In this document: in pieces, positions 36,766 through 51,697 of the stretch
Numbering within the stretch: position 1 is the stretch's first letter
Layout: each line of letters opens with the position of its first letter
DNA from: Antedon mediterranea
Lineage: Eukaryota; Animalia; Echinodermata
Reading direction: 5' to 3'
Assembly (NCBI RefSeq): GCF_964355755.1
Contig: NC_092675.1
Location: 18,014,912-18,078,911 of the forward strand
Length of the DNA stretch: 64,000 bases
Translations under genes and position numbers: made by a program
The notes under the pieces: model-generated
What the model was told of the DNA's origin: nothing
Database searches by the model: none
What the model saw: the letters and a program-made list of their open reading frames with translations, nothing else

Positions 36766-38445
36766 ATGTCATTTAATGAGCCTGTGACAGCTGTTCATCA
36801 GCATCTCACAACATTTACACCAGCATCTCAAGATGAGATCCGCAACATTCTGATGAAATCACCAACAAAATCATGCAGGTTAGATCCAGTTCCTACTTCT
36901 ATACTGAAGAAGTGTATAGACGCAGTCGTTCCAATAATAACGGAAATCATTAACCATTCTCTTAATACCGGCATAGTGCCAGATGAACTGAAAATTGCTC
37001 ACGTTCGTTCTTTAATAAAAAAGCAAAACTTGGATCATAACACGCTGAAAAATTACCGCCCGGTGTCGAATCTTTCTTTTCTTGGAAAGACTCTGGAGCG
37101 TGTAGTGACATCACGCATTACTCCATATCTTCAAAAGCATAATTTAAATGAGAATTACCAGTCGGCATATCGTGCATGTCATAGCACGGAGAGTTCCCTT
37201 TTAAAGGTACAGAATGATTTGTTACAAGGAATGAATGATGGGAAAATAACGCTATTGGTGTTGTTGGATTTGTCAGCAGCGTTTGATACAGTTGATCACC
37301 AAAGACTGATAACCCGTCTGAGAAATTGCATTGGCATAAATGGTGTTGCTCTTAACTGGTTCCAGTCAGCTAGTCTGTATCAATGATGCATTCTCAGATG
37401 AAGCTTGCCTGGAATATGGTGTACCACAGGGGTCAGTAATTGGGCCTGGCCAGTTTTCCATTTATACGCTTCCCCTTGGTGACATTATTCGCAAACACAG
37501 TCTACATTTCCATTTCTATGCAGATGATACACAGATTTATGTGTCAGTAAATCCAGTGCAAAGGGATGTTGCTGCAGCAATCAGTAAGATGGAAGCCTGT
37601 ATAGAAGATGTTCGCAATTGGATGACAACAAATTACCTAAAGTTGAATGATGGAAAGACAGAGTTTATTATCGTCGGGTCTAAATGTAACATCTCCAAAA
37701 TCAACATCACACATATCAGAATCGGAAACTCTAACATCGCTCCCTCATCGGTGGTCCGGAATCTGGGAATCATGCTGGATAGTAATCTCACTATGGAAGC
37801 ACAAATAACAACTGTATCCAAAGCAGCATGCATATCGATGAGGAACCTTGGTCGTATTCGCGGTAATCTTAACAAGAAAACAGCTGAATTGATTGTACAC
37901 TCATTTGTCACTTCTAAAATTGACATTGGTAATGCCTTGTTGTTTGGCATACCAAAATCTCAAATACAACGTTTGCAGCGCTTGCAAAATATGGCAGCTA
38001 GAATTGTAACTTATACAAAATCAAACGCTCACATAACTCCTGTCCTGATGGATTTGCATTGGTTGCCTGTTCAACAACGTATTAAGTACAAACTTGCGTT
38101 GTTTGTATTCAAGATCCTAAATGACAGTGCTCCTGCTTATTTATCTGACCTTGTGGATCGTTACGAATCATCCCGCAGAGGCCTACGATCATTGTCACAA
38201 AACCTTCTTCAAGAGCGTAGAGCGAAAAATCAGTGGGGTCAGAGATCTTTTTACGTTGCGGCCGCAAGTGTATGGAACAGCTTACCAGCAACAGTTAAAT
38301 GCTCAACTAGTCTAAACAGTTTCAAGACCAACCTAAAGACGTCGCTATTCGCTGATGTTCTCGCACGTTGTTAATGCACAAAGCGCCATGAGCGCCACAT
38401 GGGTGGAGGATACCGGCGCTATATAAGTTTTCATTTATTATTAAA
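36766..38445 (+). mobile_element. 5'-truncated L2/CR1-group LINE (reverse transcriptase)
   Basis: NYRPVSNL, QSAYR..HSTE, LDLSAAFDTVDH, GVPQGSV, YADDTQ, LHWLPV motifs. Small deletion/frameshift at about 37365. L2-like 3' UTR ending gcgctatataagttttcatttattatt. Confidence 0.92.
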
Positions 38446-38747
38446 TTCTAGAAGTTATGCCCTATTTACCGAAATTTGGCCATACAGATATATAAATAAA
38501 TGTATATAAATAAATGTATATAATGGATGACAATGACAAAATGTTAATGTAACATAATGATAAAATAACAGGGTTATAAACACCTGGTACTGTATTAAAA
38601 TAAATATTATCCTACCGACACTGATGTAATATGGTTAAAACATTAAAGTGTTATAATAACTAGTTTATACCTCCATAAGCAAATAAATTAATGTGTATGT
38701 TAGCAACACTTGCAAGTATTTTGAAGCTAAAAATGAGTTTAATTTTA

Positions 38748-38872
38748 AGGAAATCCTGGTTGGTATTGGTTTAATTATTTCTAGGAAAATCCTGGTTGAT
38801 ATTGGTTTAATTATTTCTATGAAAAATCTGGGTTGATATTTGTTTAATTATTTCTACGAAAATCCTGGTGAT
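38748..38872. repeat. Minisatellite, about 36-bp unit, three to four copies
   Basis: gaaaatcctggttgatattggtttaattatttcta repeated. Confidence 0.75.
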
Positions 38873-39340
38873 TCTGGTTTTCTAGGCTTGGTTTATTATA
38901 CCAAGCTTGCACTTATAATAGAGTTAGCATTGTTCTGGTGCCCGGTCTTTCGGTCTTCTCTACATTGTACATGTACTTCATCATTTACACTTTACACAAA
39001 AATAGTACAGAAAATTTTTCCATAAAGAGTAGGTGGATTTATCTAGTCTGACCTGTTTGTCGTGGGCATATAATGACCCTCAGCAGGGTAGAAAATTCAG
39101 TTTAATTCTTCCAATCAAAAACCTTCAAACCACCATATATAATATAGGATAGATACATTCTTCCAAAACCCAGAAACTCTAAGAAACCAAACTAATTCTA
39201 ATATGCATACTCTTTTTAACATGACTCTGAAAACCAGACATAGGCAAAGGGTATCTGTTGAATGAGTTGAAATAATCACAGTGGTTTAAATCCATTGGCA
39301 TTCGAAAGCCCTTTCAAACTTTACTTAACTGCTGGTTCAA

Positions 39341-42300
39341 TCACAGCAATCCAAATCCATGAGCATGCTCCAATGCCATCATCAACTTCTCTCTCATTTT
39401 TTCTTTGCTTTCATAAATTGGTAAGTCAAGGTAGTTATAACAAGTGTGAGCCGCTGGTAAGAAGTCTGTACTTCCAAATACTGGTTGGAATATCACTTTC
39501 AACTGAGACATTCCTTGCACTGGGATCCGATCACTACCTGTCAAGAATTCTGGAAGTATAATCAAGAGAAAAAGAAGTAAACAATACCATTTCGGATTAT
39601 AATAGTTTTTAGATTCGTTTATACTTTTTCATTGCATAAATATAATTCCAATTTTACGAATCTATTTTAAAAATAGGAATGAAAGAAAAGAACTTTAATA
39701 TTCATACACTGTAGGTTTTCTCTGACGAAGCAAGATACAAGTGTATGCTTAATAGCCATGCCTGATGTCCACAAGATACAAGTGTGCTATGCATAATAGC
39801 CATGCCTGATGTCCACAAGAGTAATATTAAAATTTATACATAAATACCAGAAAAAAAGATATTCTCATCTATGCACTTTTATTCATAATTTTATCAGAGG
39901 TAAACTCACTAGGAATTGCCACTTCAAAAAGACCAATTTATTTCAATTCTTTATTTATCATATATTTATTATTTATTATTATTATCACAATATATACTTG
40001 CCTAAGAATTTCTTCTTTTCTTTTAGTGTGAGTTCATGGAAAACTTCCCAAAAGTACTTGATAGTTTTATGCTCTTTGTTATAAAGGCCTTTGTACTCCA
40101 CCAGCTGTAAAGACATTTTTTTTGTTATTATTGTATAGTATTTTATGAAATATAATATTGCAAAAGAAAATGTTTCAAAACTTCATAATTTGACAGAACT
40201 GTGGCAGAGAAATTGTTGATGTTTACAACAATAGAGAAGATCAAATAATAAAAAAAAAAAACAAGAGAAAAAGAAACAAAATTATGTATTGGATCTTACA
40301 GCATTACAAGATACAGAAATGCTTGAAAATGTCTGAATAAGTAAAACAAAAATGATGACTCCACATACACTTTCAAATTCTTCCCAATCGTAGATTTCAT
40401 TGCCAATAACCAATGACATAAGCTCTTCTGGATGAAACATCTGTAGTATTGGTCCTCCACAGACCTGATGGAACCCTTCTGCAAAAGCACTATACTGCTC
40501 TTTTATCGACTCGTTAAACATGCAATCAATATACAGGTCTACAAACTCTTGCCTAAAATAAAGTATAAATCAGGTATCAAGTAGATGTATATTGATATAA
40601 TATATCTGCTTATTTTGTTATAATTATAGTATTGTATTCAATTGCATTTGTACAATGTTTCAAAATGCGCAACTAACTTATTCTCATAAGTGACAGGAAT
40701 ATCCTTTCCTCCTTCCTTCAGCTCGATAGTGCATACATCTCCAAGGAATTCTGATGAAAACTGGAAAAAGATACCGAAAACATCTTGAAGATCACAATCA
40801 TCATAATCCAAGATATTTTCCAAACTGGAAGTCATATCTGGGTCTAATTGAGTGAGGTCTGATAGAAACACAGGTCTAGAGAAAATTAATAACATTTTTT
40901 TTTGTTGACTTTGTCCTGATGACCTTATAAATATTGAATTTAATCACAATATTTCATAGAAAACTTAAAGTAAGTCACTTACTTATTGAGAAGTTTCTTG
41001 TAGAGTGCCAAGGGGAATGGAAGTTCCACAATAACTTGGTTGTAGATTGCTAATCCACACAGTATTCCAACCATTTCAAACACTGAGTTATCTTCAAAAG
41101 ACTGATAAAATCCAATTTAGAAAGAACATGATTGTACAAACAATTACACTTATTTTGTACTTACTATTTTTTATTATCATTGGTATCTTAAGTTTTACCT
41201 GTGGATTGAACCAAATCCTTTCCGTTTTGCTGAACACCTTAAACATCCCAAATTTTGGATCAAGGATTTCTTTGAAAATCAGCAGAAAGAACTCCTACAA
41301 AATGTTGAGTAAGAATAACAGATTCAATTTAATTGCAGCATTTTATTACACTAAAACAATTAGCTGGGTTTTAGTTCAAACTATTATGCACTATAGTTTA
41401 GTAGTCTCTTTATTTGTAGAAAATAAATACATCATGCTAAGCTAATCTCAATGTTTAGAAGACATCATGATGCAAGTAGTCTTTTCATAATCACTATCCA
41501 TACCCCTGCTGGCTAATGTCAAATGGCTGTTCAGCCACTAACTACAATAAAATAGATAATGCAATAGGAATTTTTGTTGGGACATGGTTCAGTTTTATAT
41601 CAACTATAACAATCAATCAACTCAATATAATGTTATGAATGAATGTTACAAAAATGAAATGACAACACCTTACCTTACAAGGCCCACCATCATCAACTCC
41701 TGGTTCCCCATCAAATTGAATCTTGAGTGGCTTTTTGAAGTCTTCTTTAAGTACACTTCTTAGCTGTTCCAGAGCACTTCCGACAATGTTCTCTCTCTCA
41801 ATTGTAATGCGTAAGTGTAGTAGGTGCTGAAATGCTGGATGCATATGCATACTGAACATTGGAGTAAATGCAAGCTGTTGGAATATTTGCAGTTGTATTT
41901 GTTCATCCATAGCTGCCTGCAATCAAAGACAAAATTAACATTAGTTTTAAAACATTTTAATTGGTGTATAACTTCATTTTCATCCTAATATGTCTCAGAT
42001 TATACATCTTTTCACTGGTTCAAATGAAACATTAGTGCAGGTGGGGGCTGTAAAATGGCATCAGTTAGATTTATCATATCTGCCCATATTTATATGAAAA
42101 ATCTGATATTAAAAACCCCCAATACTCCAGCAGCTACTACGAAATACACCTGGATATATTAATACTTTTATATTATGAAGCCAACAAAAACATTTCATGT
42201 CATTGGTGGAAACTAAACTATTTTTTTTTTAAAGTGTTTATGTAATCTTAGACATTTGTCATTATTTAATCTTAATCATATTATAAACTTACCTGTTGTT

Positions 42301-45300
42301 GTAGAATATTATCTTGTATGATTGAATTCATTTTTACATCATTCTCCAGAACAAATGGATAATCAATCAAGTTTAAACATGGACTCTAAAATAAATAGTT
42401 TATTTAAAAAAAATAATAAACATTTTAGACAAAAATCCACATAACAGCATTCCGTTCCTAGTACAGGTGTTGTGAGCATCTAACTCAACATTTAAAAAAA
42501 ACACTAAATTTTAACCTGAAATGGAAAAAGAATTATAATTTTATTGCTTTCATAAAGGAAAATCTACCTTAAACTATTACTACTACTATTAGAAAGAAAA
42601 GCTTTTATTAATTTACCAACATGTTCATATTCAACCACATCAATAGATTTTTAGACTTTGGAATATAGAATGCTGCATAAGGAACAATTTCTTCCATTTC
42701 TTCATTTATCTAGTAAAAAACAAATTCAAGTAGCACTTTTTCATGAAATAAAAAGATTGATAAATTTTAAACCACATTTTTTCAATGATTCAAACACTCT
42801 TTTTTTACTGTTTTATAGAACTAAAAATGTTTTTTGTTTTGTTTCAGCCACAAAATCTTTTCTTTTCATTCGTTACAGTACAGTATTTAATCCAGCCACA
42901 AAAGGCATCCTCTCAAATCCACAGCAGAGGCTTATAAATTTGTAGATAACTTGATAGAGATGAAAGGTTAATGGCCAATTGTCTTTCAAGTTACATTATT
43001 CAATCAAGTTATTGTTTTTACCTTATAAAGTTTCTTGAGCATATTTAATGGAATTGATATATTCATTTCGTCTGTGAATATTAATGTCATAACAGCACTT
43101 AATTGCTTCATCACTAAATGCACAACCACATTCTTGAAAATACTTAACAGATGCTGGAAGGTTGGAGGCGAGAAATTTCCAATCCATGTATCTAAAATAA
43201 AAACAAAAGTAAAATATTTTTTTTACTATTGTTATAAAAAACTTCTTTCATTCTTTAACAACTGATGCAAAATAATATTAATTGGTTTGTAAATTTATGG
43301 TTATTGTAAACTTTGCAGACTGGGTCAGAACTTTAGCATCATGGCCAACTTTCTCAAAACCAGATACTCTTATACTCTTAGAGTGACTTGAGAAAGATTA
43401 GTTCAACACATTAAAAAAATGTAAGTCACTCATTCAATTTGACTAATTATAAATGCTGCTGATACATGTACAGTATACAGTAACAATTAACTATGAAACA
43501 CACACATACCAATGACCTTTGACATTTTAGGTGAAAGATTACACAATGCTTCAGCAACAGCCAAGATAGATTTAAGGTAAAATTCTGGGCACTGCATTGT
43601 GGGACATTCCAATAGAATCATGTAGACACAAAGTGCTTCAACATCAAGTGGTGATGTCAAAAGTGTTGGACACAGTTGACTGCTTATTGCGTGATCAATC
43701 TAGAAAAATTTTGTAATTATTTATAACTAATACTCATAGATCATAGCATGGAAATAAATAATTAAGCTTGAAAAAAACATTGGAAGTAGGCCTGGTTTTG
43801 TTTTGCACTCCAATTATCGCTAAGAAATGCTTTTTTTTCAATTTCATTGTATTGCATGGGGTGGGTTGGGTGGATATTGGGCAGTACTTCCCTTCCTAGA
43901 TTCCTTCCCTCCTTCCAAATACTAACCAAGTGACTGTGACCGAATAAATGAACTTCAAAGCTTTGCTTTGTTTGAGTTTTGAGTTTTTATTAGTCGCATT
44001 AGTTGTGGTTTACTTGGCTTACATAAACTAAACTAAAAGAACAAATTGAAAACTAACCTTCTTTAGAACGATGTGTTTTTCTGACAACATTTTTAAAGCC
44101 TTTCTTGCTTTAGAAAGATCAAGTCCTGAGCTATCTTCATTACATAACCGATCACTATAATAGATTTTAAACAAATTATGTTTTATTTCAGCTAGGTGGA
44201 CATTACATTAGATTTTGAAACAATTTTAAAAAAAGTGGTAGTAAACACAGGGAAAACATAATTTTATACTAAATGTGAAGCAGTATTATTTCATTTTTTA
44301 TATTATTAACACAGAGTTGGTTGGAAAAGTATCATATTATAACAGATATTACTAAGGCGGTCGTTGACAAAGTTACAAACGATACTGAAAAATGCACAAG
44401 AAGTGGATGTCGGAAAAGGTTTGCCAAAATTTTGTTCATACCTTGTAAAAGCATTATTCAAACATTCTGCTGATGAAAATATATTTTGAATTAGTTTTAG
44501 ATTAGCACTCGTCAGCGGTTCGAGTTCTGTTATGACACCTTTATCTAGATGGTAGATCATTTCAGGTAGCTGGTTATTTCTACCCGATATACTCTTCTTT
44601 TTTGACTGGAAAATATAAGAAAACAGGTGATCAATAGTTTTATCCAGCATCAATAGGACAATGAATTTAGTGATGTGACTTTGGGGTTTTTTGTGCTATA
44701 TTTGTACTTTGCTCTGTTTTAAAAATTTAAATGTGTTCTCAGAATAACACACATACATCTATGTATATTTGTTTTTTTTTGTTGCAAATGATACAGTATA
44801 AATAAATGGAAATGTTTCGACTGATGATGATGATGACATTACATAGAAAGGTTTGTCATGCACATACCACAGATCCATTTGTTACTAAATAGCAGGTATT
44901 GAGTCCACCACAATATACATTGCTGATGTTAACAGTATCAGGTGTGCCAGTGGCATCAGTAATACATCTGGACAAAGAATCGTATACAAACATAGAGCTG
45001 TCATCATCATTGGACACAGCAGAGTGAGGATCATGCATTGATGTTAGACCAAATACATACAATTTATCCCCAGTCAATATCACAGAGTGCCATCTGAAAT
45101 TTTGTTAAGGCAAAACAGAGTGTCAACATTATTAATATTTATTTTTATATCTTAAATATAATCATTCAATTTTATACTTTCATAAATTGTTCAAAATGAA
45201 AATATTCACTAAACATAAAGTCACTGCTGCTAAATAAAAGGAACAAAAAACCTTTAAAATATCTCTTTAAAAAAATTGTATTTTATTTATTTTTTACTTT

Positions 45301-48300
45301 GTACAAACGATTGTTTTGTCCTTTTCTTTGTGTATCTCTGCTATGTTTTCATTCCAAGTTTGATTCAAATCCTTAGCTAGTCTTACAACTTCCCCATTCT
45401 AAATATTTCATGCAAGAAATAACAAAAACAATAATTGATACATTTTTTGAATATTCTCGTCAAACTTGTATATCCTGGAAATACAATAAAGACTCACTGT
45501 AATCGTGCTATATTGGATACCAAATTAGAAAGGATCTAAGGTAGTGTCATTTAAATCCTTCTTATGGTTTCAATACACTTAAGTTACATTCACACTGAAC
45601 CTGGATTCCAGTCCAGTGACCTCAGATAAAAATCGTGAAAATGGGTGGTGTTTAGAATTTATTTAGGATTTTGTACAAAATGTAAATTGTACAAAATGTA
45701 AATTGTGCCAAACTAATTAACATTAACTCCCATTGCCTTACATGAGGGTCCCAAATGATCACCAATTGCTGGATGGATCACCCTCATTAAATATGGTTTT
45801 AAAAAAAAAACATCCCAGAGTTTTAATCAAGGTTAAGTGTAAATGTAGCTTTATTTACTGTACGAATTACATTATTTAGTTTCATATTTAAAATGTTTAA
45901 ACTTTAGTTATTATACCTTTGAAAGAAACACTGAAAAGTTGTGTCCACAAGAAATGCTGGTTATTTGTTTCAGGAAATCTAATTTGTGTGGCACTGTGGA
46001 AGCTGAAACTAAAAAAATTGTAATATCAAATGTCAATGTTGTATTGTATAAGCTAATGATCCATATTCCAAAAAATAGATTTTGTGTATTTTGACTGAAA
46101 TGCAAGTTGAAAATTATTGTGAGAAATCGTACTGCATTGTACTTACTGAAATTGAATTCATGCCTAAGCTCCTATGAAAAAAGAAAAATGTATCTATTAA
46201 TTATTAATACATTCAATTTAAAGGCAAACAATTGAACAAGACAACAGATTCTGTCATTATATTTCAATAAACAATGAATTTATAATGCAACAAATTTACC
46301 GATGCAACAAAATAACAGGGACATTACAATTTCCAATCATTGTACAGTAGTTGTAAAATAACACAAATAAATAATGTAAAATGGTTTACCTCAAACGATT
46401 TATTCCTATGTTCAGGCATACCTGATACAGCCTGTAAGTGGGTTTCTATCAATTTTGACACACCACCCACTAAAACTGTATCTTTCTCTGTTTTTACAGC
46501 CTGAAGTTTTAAAAAGGGAGTTTATCTTATGATAATGGACAAATAAAGTTTTTCAGTATTCACTATTTATCTACATGACCAAATCATGTGGTAGTGGTGC
46601 AGCATAAAGGTTTGAAATTATTAATTATTATAAAATTCCTTAGTTCCTATAATTTATTTTCTTTTACTTGTAGGTTTCCACTTCAAATCAGATCAAGTTA
46701 TCATGGCACCACGACTAAGCTTGATCCTACCTATTTTGTGTTAATATATTATCAACAGTTTTTTTGTTGTTGGCTATATTTATGCCATGCATGGTAAATC
46801 ATGGATAGTGTTTGATCAGGTGAGAATAGTATATAACCTACCTGAAAAGCAGGCAGCTTTGGTAGTTGTTTTTCAGTGGTGTCAATGTAAGCTTTGCAAC
46901 CTAATATAATAATATACAAAATATAGCCTATTTATTGTTTGCAAATATAACATCATCATAATGATGCAAAGATAAGAATAAGCTCTTTTTAATTTATATT
47001 AAAAAAACAATTTTTTAAATTTAGTAATAAAAACAATCATAAGCCTATACAGTATATCAATCCTAGTATTAGTAAATGATCAATCAATAATTCTGTAGCA
47101 TTGTTCAATAGAAACTAAATCATTTAAAGACACCTTCCCTATGTTTTTTAGATCTAATTTAAGATCAAAAACTATATTTAATGTAAAAATAATACTATAT
47201 GGTCCTATTTCGATAAATTTGTTCATCTCTAAATGGTTAAAAATGTGAAAATAAGTCGATTCTAATAATTATAGCGGCCTGCTATAAATCCCGTGCGCAG
47301 ATTGATATTTTTGTTTTTCTTCTGTAATTCACCCACTTTTCGATCGATCGTGAGGCCAAAACAAATGGAAGACTCCTAACTTTTCAGCAAAAATACCGGG
47401 TTTTCCCAAATTTGTATCAACAGAGTGTGGCAAAAATAGAAAGACAATTAATGCAGTAACTATACAACATCAGGCTAGGTATATAGCTAGAGTTCGATGT
47501 TCGTACGTTACCGATGTTTACCTACAAAACTAAGCCTAGCTAGGCTAGGCCTAAAGACTGTTCACGAGAGGTCAATCGCCGCGAGCTACTTAGGTAGTTA
47601 ATTGTTTCTCACTTTTTATCATAATTTACCATAAAACGTACATTTAAGACAAGGAATGACCTGATTTAATGTTTTTAAAGTAATATATATGTATTATTTT
47701 AAAAAAACGTCACAAATTGTAGGGAAGGTGTCTTTAATCAAACCATTAAACAAAAACATTCTTGTCAAACCAATATACAGTACAGGCATGATTTAAGTTT
47801 TTATAATGGAAGTTTTTTATTGTATCTTCTTGGGACATATTTTTTTATTTGAAACAATAATAAAGGTTTAAACATGCAGCATGATGAATAGAAGATGTAT
47901 CAATACATTATTTTTAATGAAAATAATTACTTACTTTTTTCATCATATTCTCCGAGTTGATTAGAATTATTGCATCCCCAACCAAAAACATTGCCATTGA
48001 ATGTTAAGACAAGGGAATGGTTGCCACCACAGGATATTTGTTGGATAGGTAACCCAGCCAAGCAGGAGACATGTGTAGGGATGGCACAATGGTCTTGAGT
48101 AGTGCTGTAGCCTAGCTGCCAGTAACTGTTATCACCCCATGCATATAGTTTACCACCTTCATAAAAAAACGGGTTACTATTTTATAAAAAAACATATAAT
48201 TTGAACATATAAATTGAGAGTTTTTTCAAAAAATATATGCTCATGTTAATGTCATAAATTACAACTTAAGTAGCGCATTGGTAGGGCACATATAAAAAAT

Positions 48301-49508
48301 ATGTGACTAAATTTTTGTTTTTTTATTCTAGTGAGTAATTAGATACTTCTATATACTTAATTTATAATAATTTTCACATGATTATTTTTATTTTATTATT
48401 GAATTCAATATATTACTTTTTGCAAGAGCCAATGTGTGCTTAGCTCCACAGGCCACTTGAATAATGACTTCATTGGATAAAGACTTTATTACTCTGCAAA
48501 ATAAAAGCAAACAAAAGGAATATATGAGGTTTTAAATATTAGGGGGTAAACATATATGTTTCAAATTATCAAATGAATAAAAATTGTTGCATTACTTTGG
48601 TGTTGTTCTCTTCTTCAAATGCACTTCACCATGACCACATTGACCTTCAGAATCACGACCCCAGCTTATAATTTGACCTTTGTCACTTATGACAATGTTG
48701 TGTGTATCCCCACAGGCGGCTTGTACAATGACAAATGTATCCAGGGAAGAGACATGATCTGCAAAAAAAGAGGACAAAACTATACTTTACTGTTATGCCT
48801 GATTTAATAGATTTGCGCAATTTGATACATTGCATTAATTTTGATCACAAAGTATACAAGGAATCACGTAGGCATAAAGGGAAAATTCTCATCGACGTTA
48901 TTTTCTTGCACTTTAACTTGGAAACTACAATTTTGTAATAAAAATAAAATTTTAAAACAAAAATACTCCATCCGACTGTGGAGCGTAGATACCTACTTTA
49001 TAATAATAATTTTATCTATTTTATTATACATGCCCAATTAGCTCATAACCCCTCCGCTCAAGGGGATTGATCAATTTAAAATTGCACAAATCATGTACAA
49101 CACAAGCAACATTTTTCAGGATTTATGGTAGGTAAATTAATCTTTATGTGAAGAGATCATAATTTTGATTTCCCATTCAAGTCTGTGAAAATGTTACATA
49201 TTTACTTTCATAATAGGCTGGGAGGAAATGCATACAATTAGGACAGGGAATTTTGTGTATAGTATACAGATTTGCCTTAAAACAAATTTTTATTGAAAAA
49301 ACAAACCTGGAGTAGACTTCTCCTCATTTTCACATGTGTAAACTGTTCCATCAGTCAGAACAAAGATAGTTTGGTGATTGCTGCATGCTATTTGTTGAAT
49401 GGATCGATTATTCAATATTTGCAACTCTTTGATGACTGGACTAGTAGCAGCAGCAGCATTCTGATCATGTTTAACAGGATTCAAGCAGAACACTCTTGAT
49501 GATGTCAT
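39341..49508 (-). CDS. Small HERC-family E3 ligase paralog C (RCC1-like plus HECT), apparently with a complete exon set
   Basis: Start exon 49307-49508. RLD exons at about 48596-48758, 48416-48493, 47934-48157, 46841-46900, 46389-46500, 46147-46172, 45917-46008, 45298-45398 and 44868-45092. HECT exons down to [28 protein letters not shown]. Confidence 0.9.
47128..47733. mobile_element. Kolobok-like non-autonomous transposon
   Basis: TTAA TSD on both sides, TIRs agacaccttcccta / tagggaaggtgtct starting with AG. Confidence 0.75.
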
Positions 49509-49979
49509 TCTACAAACATCTAAAATGTCAAATACATAAAGATATGGTGACTATTATATGGAGGAGGAAATGATACGGAAGTGTTAATCAACTGATAATA
49601 ATGTAATTTATTATTTTCTATTTATGTATTAACAGTATATAACTTCCTGTATCGGCACGGTCAACCAGAGAAGAGTTGCACCATGTGCCGCCAAACACCA
49701 GAATAAATGCAGTTTGCCGGTTGACGCAAATTACCCTAGACGTATTACATATGCCCTATATGTATATATACTTTATAAATATAGGCTTATATGCAGTGAC
49801 ATACCATACCTTTTTACACCTAACAATAACATAATAATAGTGTGGATTCATGGTCTAGCCTCCAAGCCAAGGCTAGGCATGGAGTTATCTCCATTATTCA
49901 TTGGCTGGCATGGCCGAGCCTAGCTGCTTTATTTATTCAAGTTTTTATTTTAAAGTATGATTGACTGAATATTTCTTAC

Positions 49980-50159
49980 CTGGCCTTGTTTATTTGTTTT
50001 ATTTCGTGATATGAGCACAGCTTACAATATACTTTTGTAATTCTTTCCCACGTAACCTACTAGAACTTTCTAATTATGACTCATTTTTTGTATGCCTTGG
50101 AAATACCATATTCTATATTTGGAATTTCCCAGTCCACTTTCTGAACTGAAGAGGGCGCT
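49980..50159 (-). promoter_or_regulatory. Non-coding exon 1 and promoter of HERC copy C
   Basis: Donor at 49980. TGACTCA (AP-1) at 50077, GGAAATACC at 50099, GGAATTTCCC at 50121, GAAGAGGGCGCT at 50148. Confidence 0.7.
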
Positions 50160-51697
50160 ACGCATATTATATATTTTATAAGTTTCTATATAAACCTTTG
50201 AAATAACATGATATGGGTGGAGTAACCAGCCTGATCGACTGGACTGTACACATGTGATGACGTTCAAAAATTAAAAATATAAAGCAAAGAAAATCAGCTA
50301 AATTCATTCGTATTTTATTTTTTAAAAGATAGCCCGTTAAAGTAAGAGTGCAATTTGCAGGTTTTGCAACATACTGTACTGTAATTATGATCTCCATGCT
50401 CGAATAGACCATGATTTAACTATGATGTGTTCACATGCACATATAGTCGCACTCCTTGGTAACACTAGTCACATAAAACATAGTATAAAATAAATCTTTG
50501 AAGGCTGTTTCTTTTGTTTAATGTTTGTAGTACAGATACTCAATTCAATGTTTTTGTTGTTCCTAAAATTCATATTACACAAATAAAGGCCAATTTACAC
50601 AGAAGAGCGGTAACTGGACTTGGTCAATTTAGTTGGCGATGCAGTTAATTTGAACAGTGTGTGATCAAGGTTTAAATTTGGAGCTTCTGACAACAAGACA
50701 ATTCTGATTTTCAGGGTTTACAGTTTTGGGACAGTTGATTGCAAAAGAGGGGACATAAATTGACTTTCCATGTTACTTCATCAACTTAAAAAACTTTGTA
50801 CAAATGCAATAAAAAAAACTTTATACTGTATATGAAATTACTTCTTATCTCTGCTTCTAATTAGTATAATATAATAAAAAAAACAATTTGTTTACCTTTC
50901 TGATTATTCATACTGTACATGTTTAAAATTGTAGAAAGAAGATTAATTTCTAAAGAAGTTAATTTTCAGAGCACATGTGTGTTACTATGAAAGTGTTGAC
51001 ATCTAAAATTAAATTATGAACTATTACTTTTACTTTTACAGATATTTATTAATATCAGCCATTTAAAAATCCTGGATCACCCCTGACATACTTCAAACAA
51101 TGAGATATACCATACCTAATCATGTTAGATTAAATATTTCGAAATTAATTATGTCATTGTTCCTGCTGACATAATTATTGTCAACAAATTTAATCTTAAT
51201 GTTAAACTACACTATTTGTACTTTATTAAGTAGATTAGTGGAACTTTGGTTTGTGTGTTAATAGCACCGTATTTAAATGATGCATTTACCAATATTAGAA
51301 AAAAAAAAAATAGTGTTACAAACAGCAGCAGATTATAATTAACATATAATTCATTGTTACACATGCCAATAATAAATTGGTTCCAATTGCCAATCTCTTT
51401 AACATTCCATGATCAAGATCTTAAATTATGTTCCTGTAGCTGAAACAAGACTATCACTGACCAACACTGACCACTCATTGCAATTGATATGGTTTAATTG
51501 CAAAACCAAACTTCCAACTTATGATCGGTTCCAATTCCATGATCAAGCTCTTAAATTATGTTCCTGTAGCTGAATAGCAAGACCAACACTGACCACTCAT
51601 TGCAATTGATTGGTTTAATTGAGTTCATATGATCAGCGGAAAGAATCAAGCATTACCTCTATATTATAAAACCACCATGGTGTGATGCTGTATACTA

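Noticed and set aside
37633-37950. 105-aa minus-strand ORF
   Set aside because: Antisense to the LINE reverse transcriptase.
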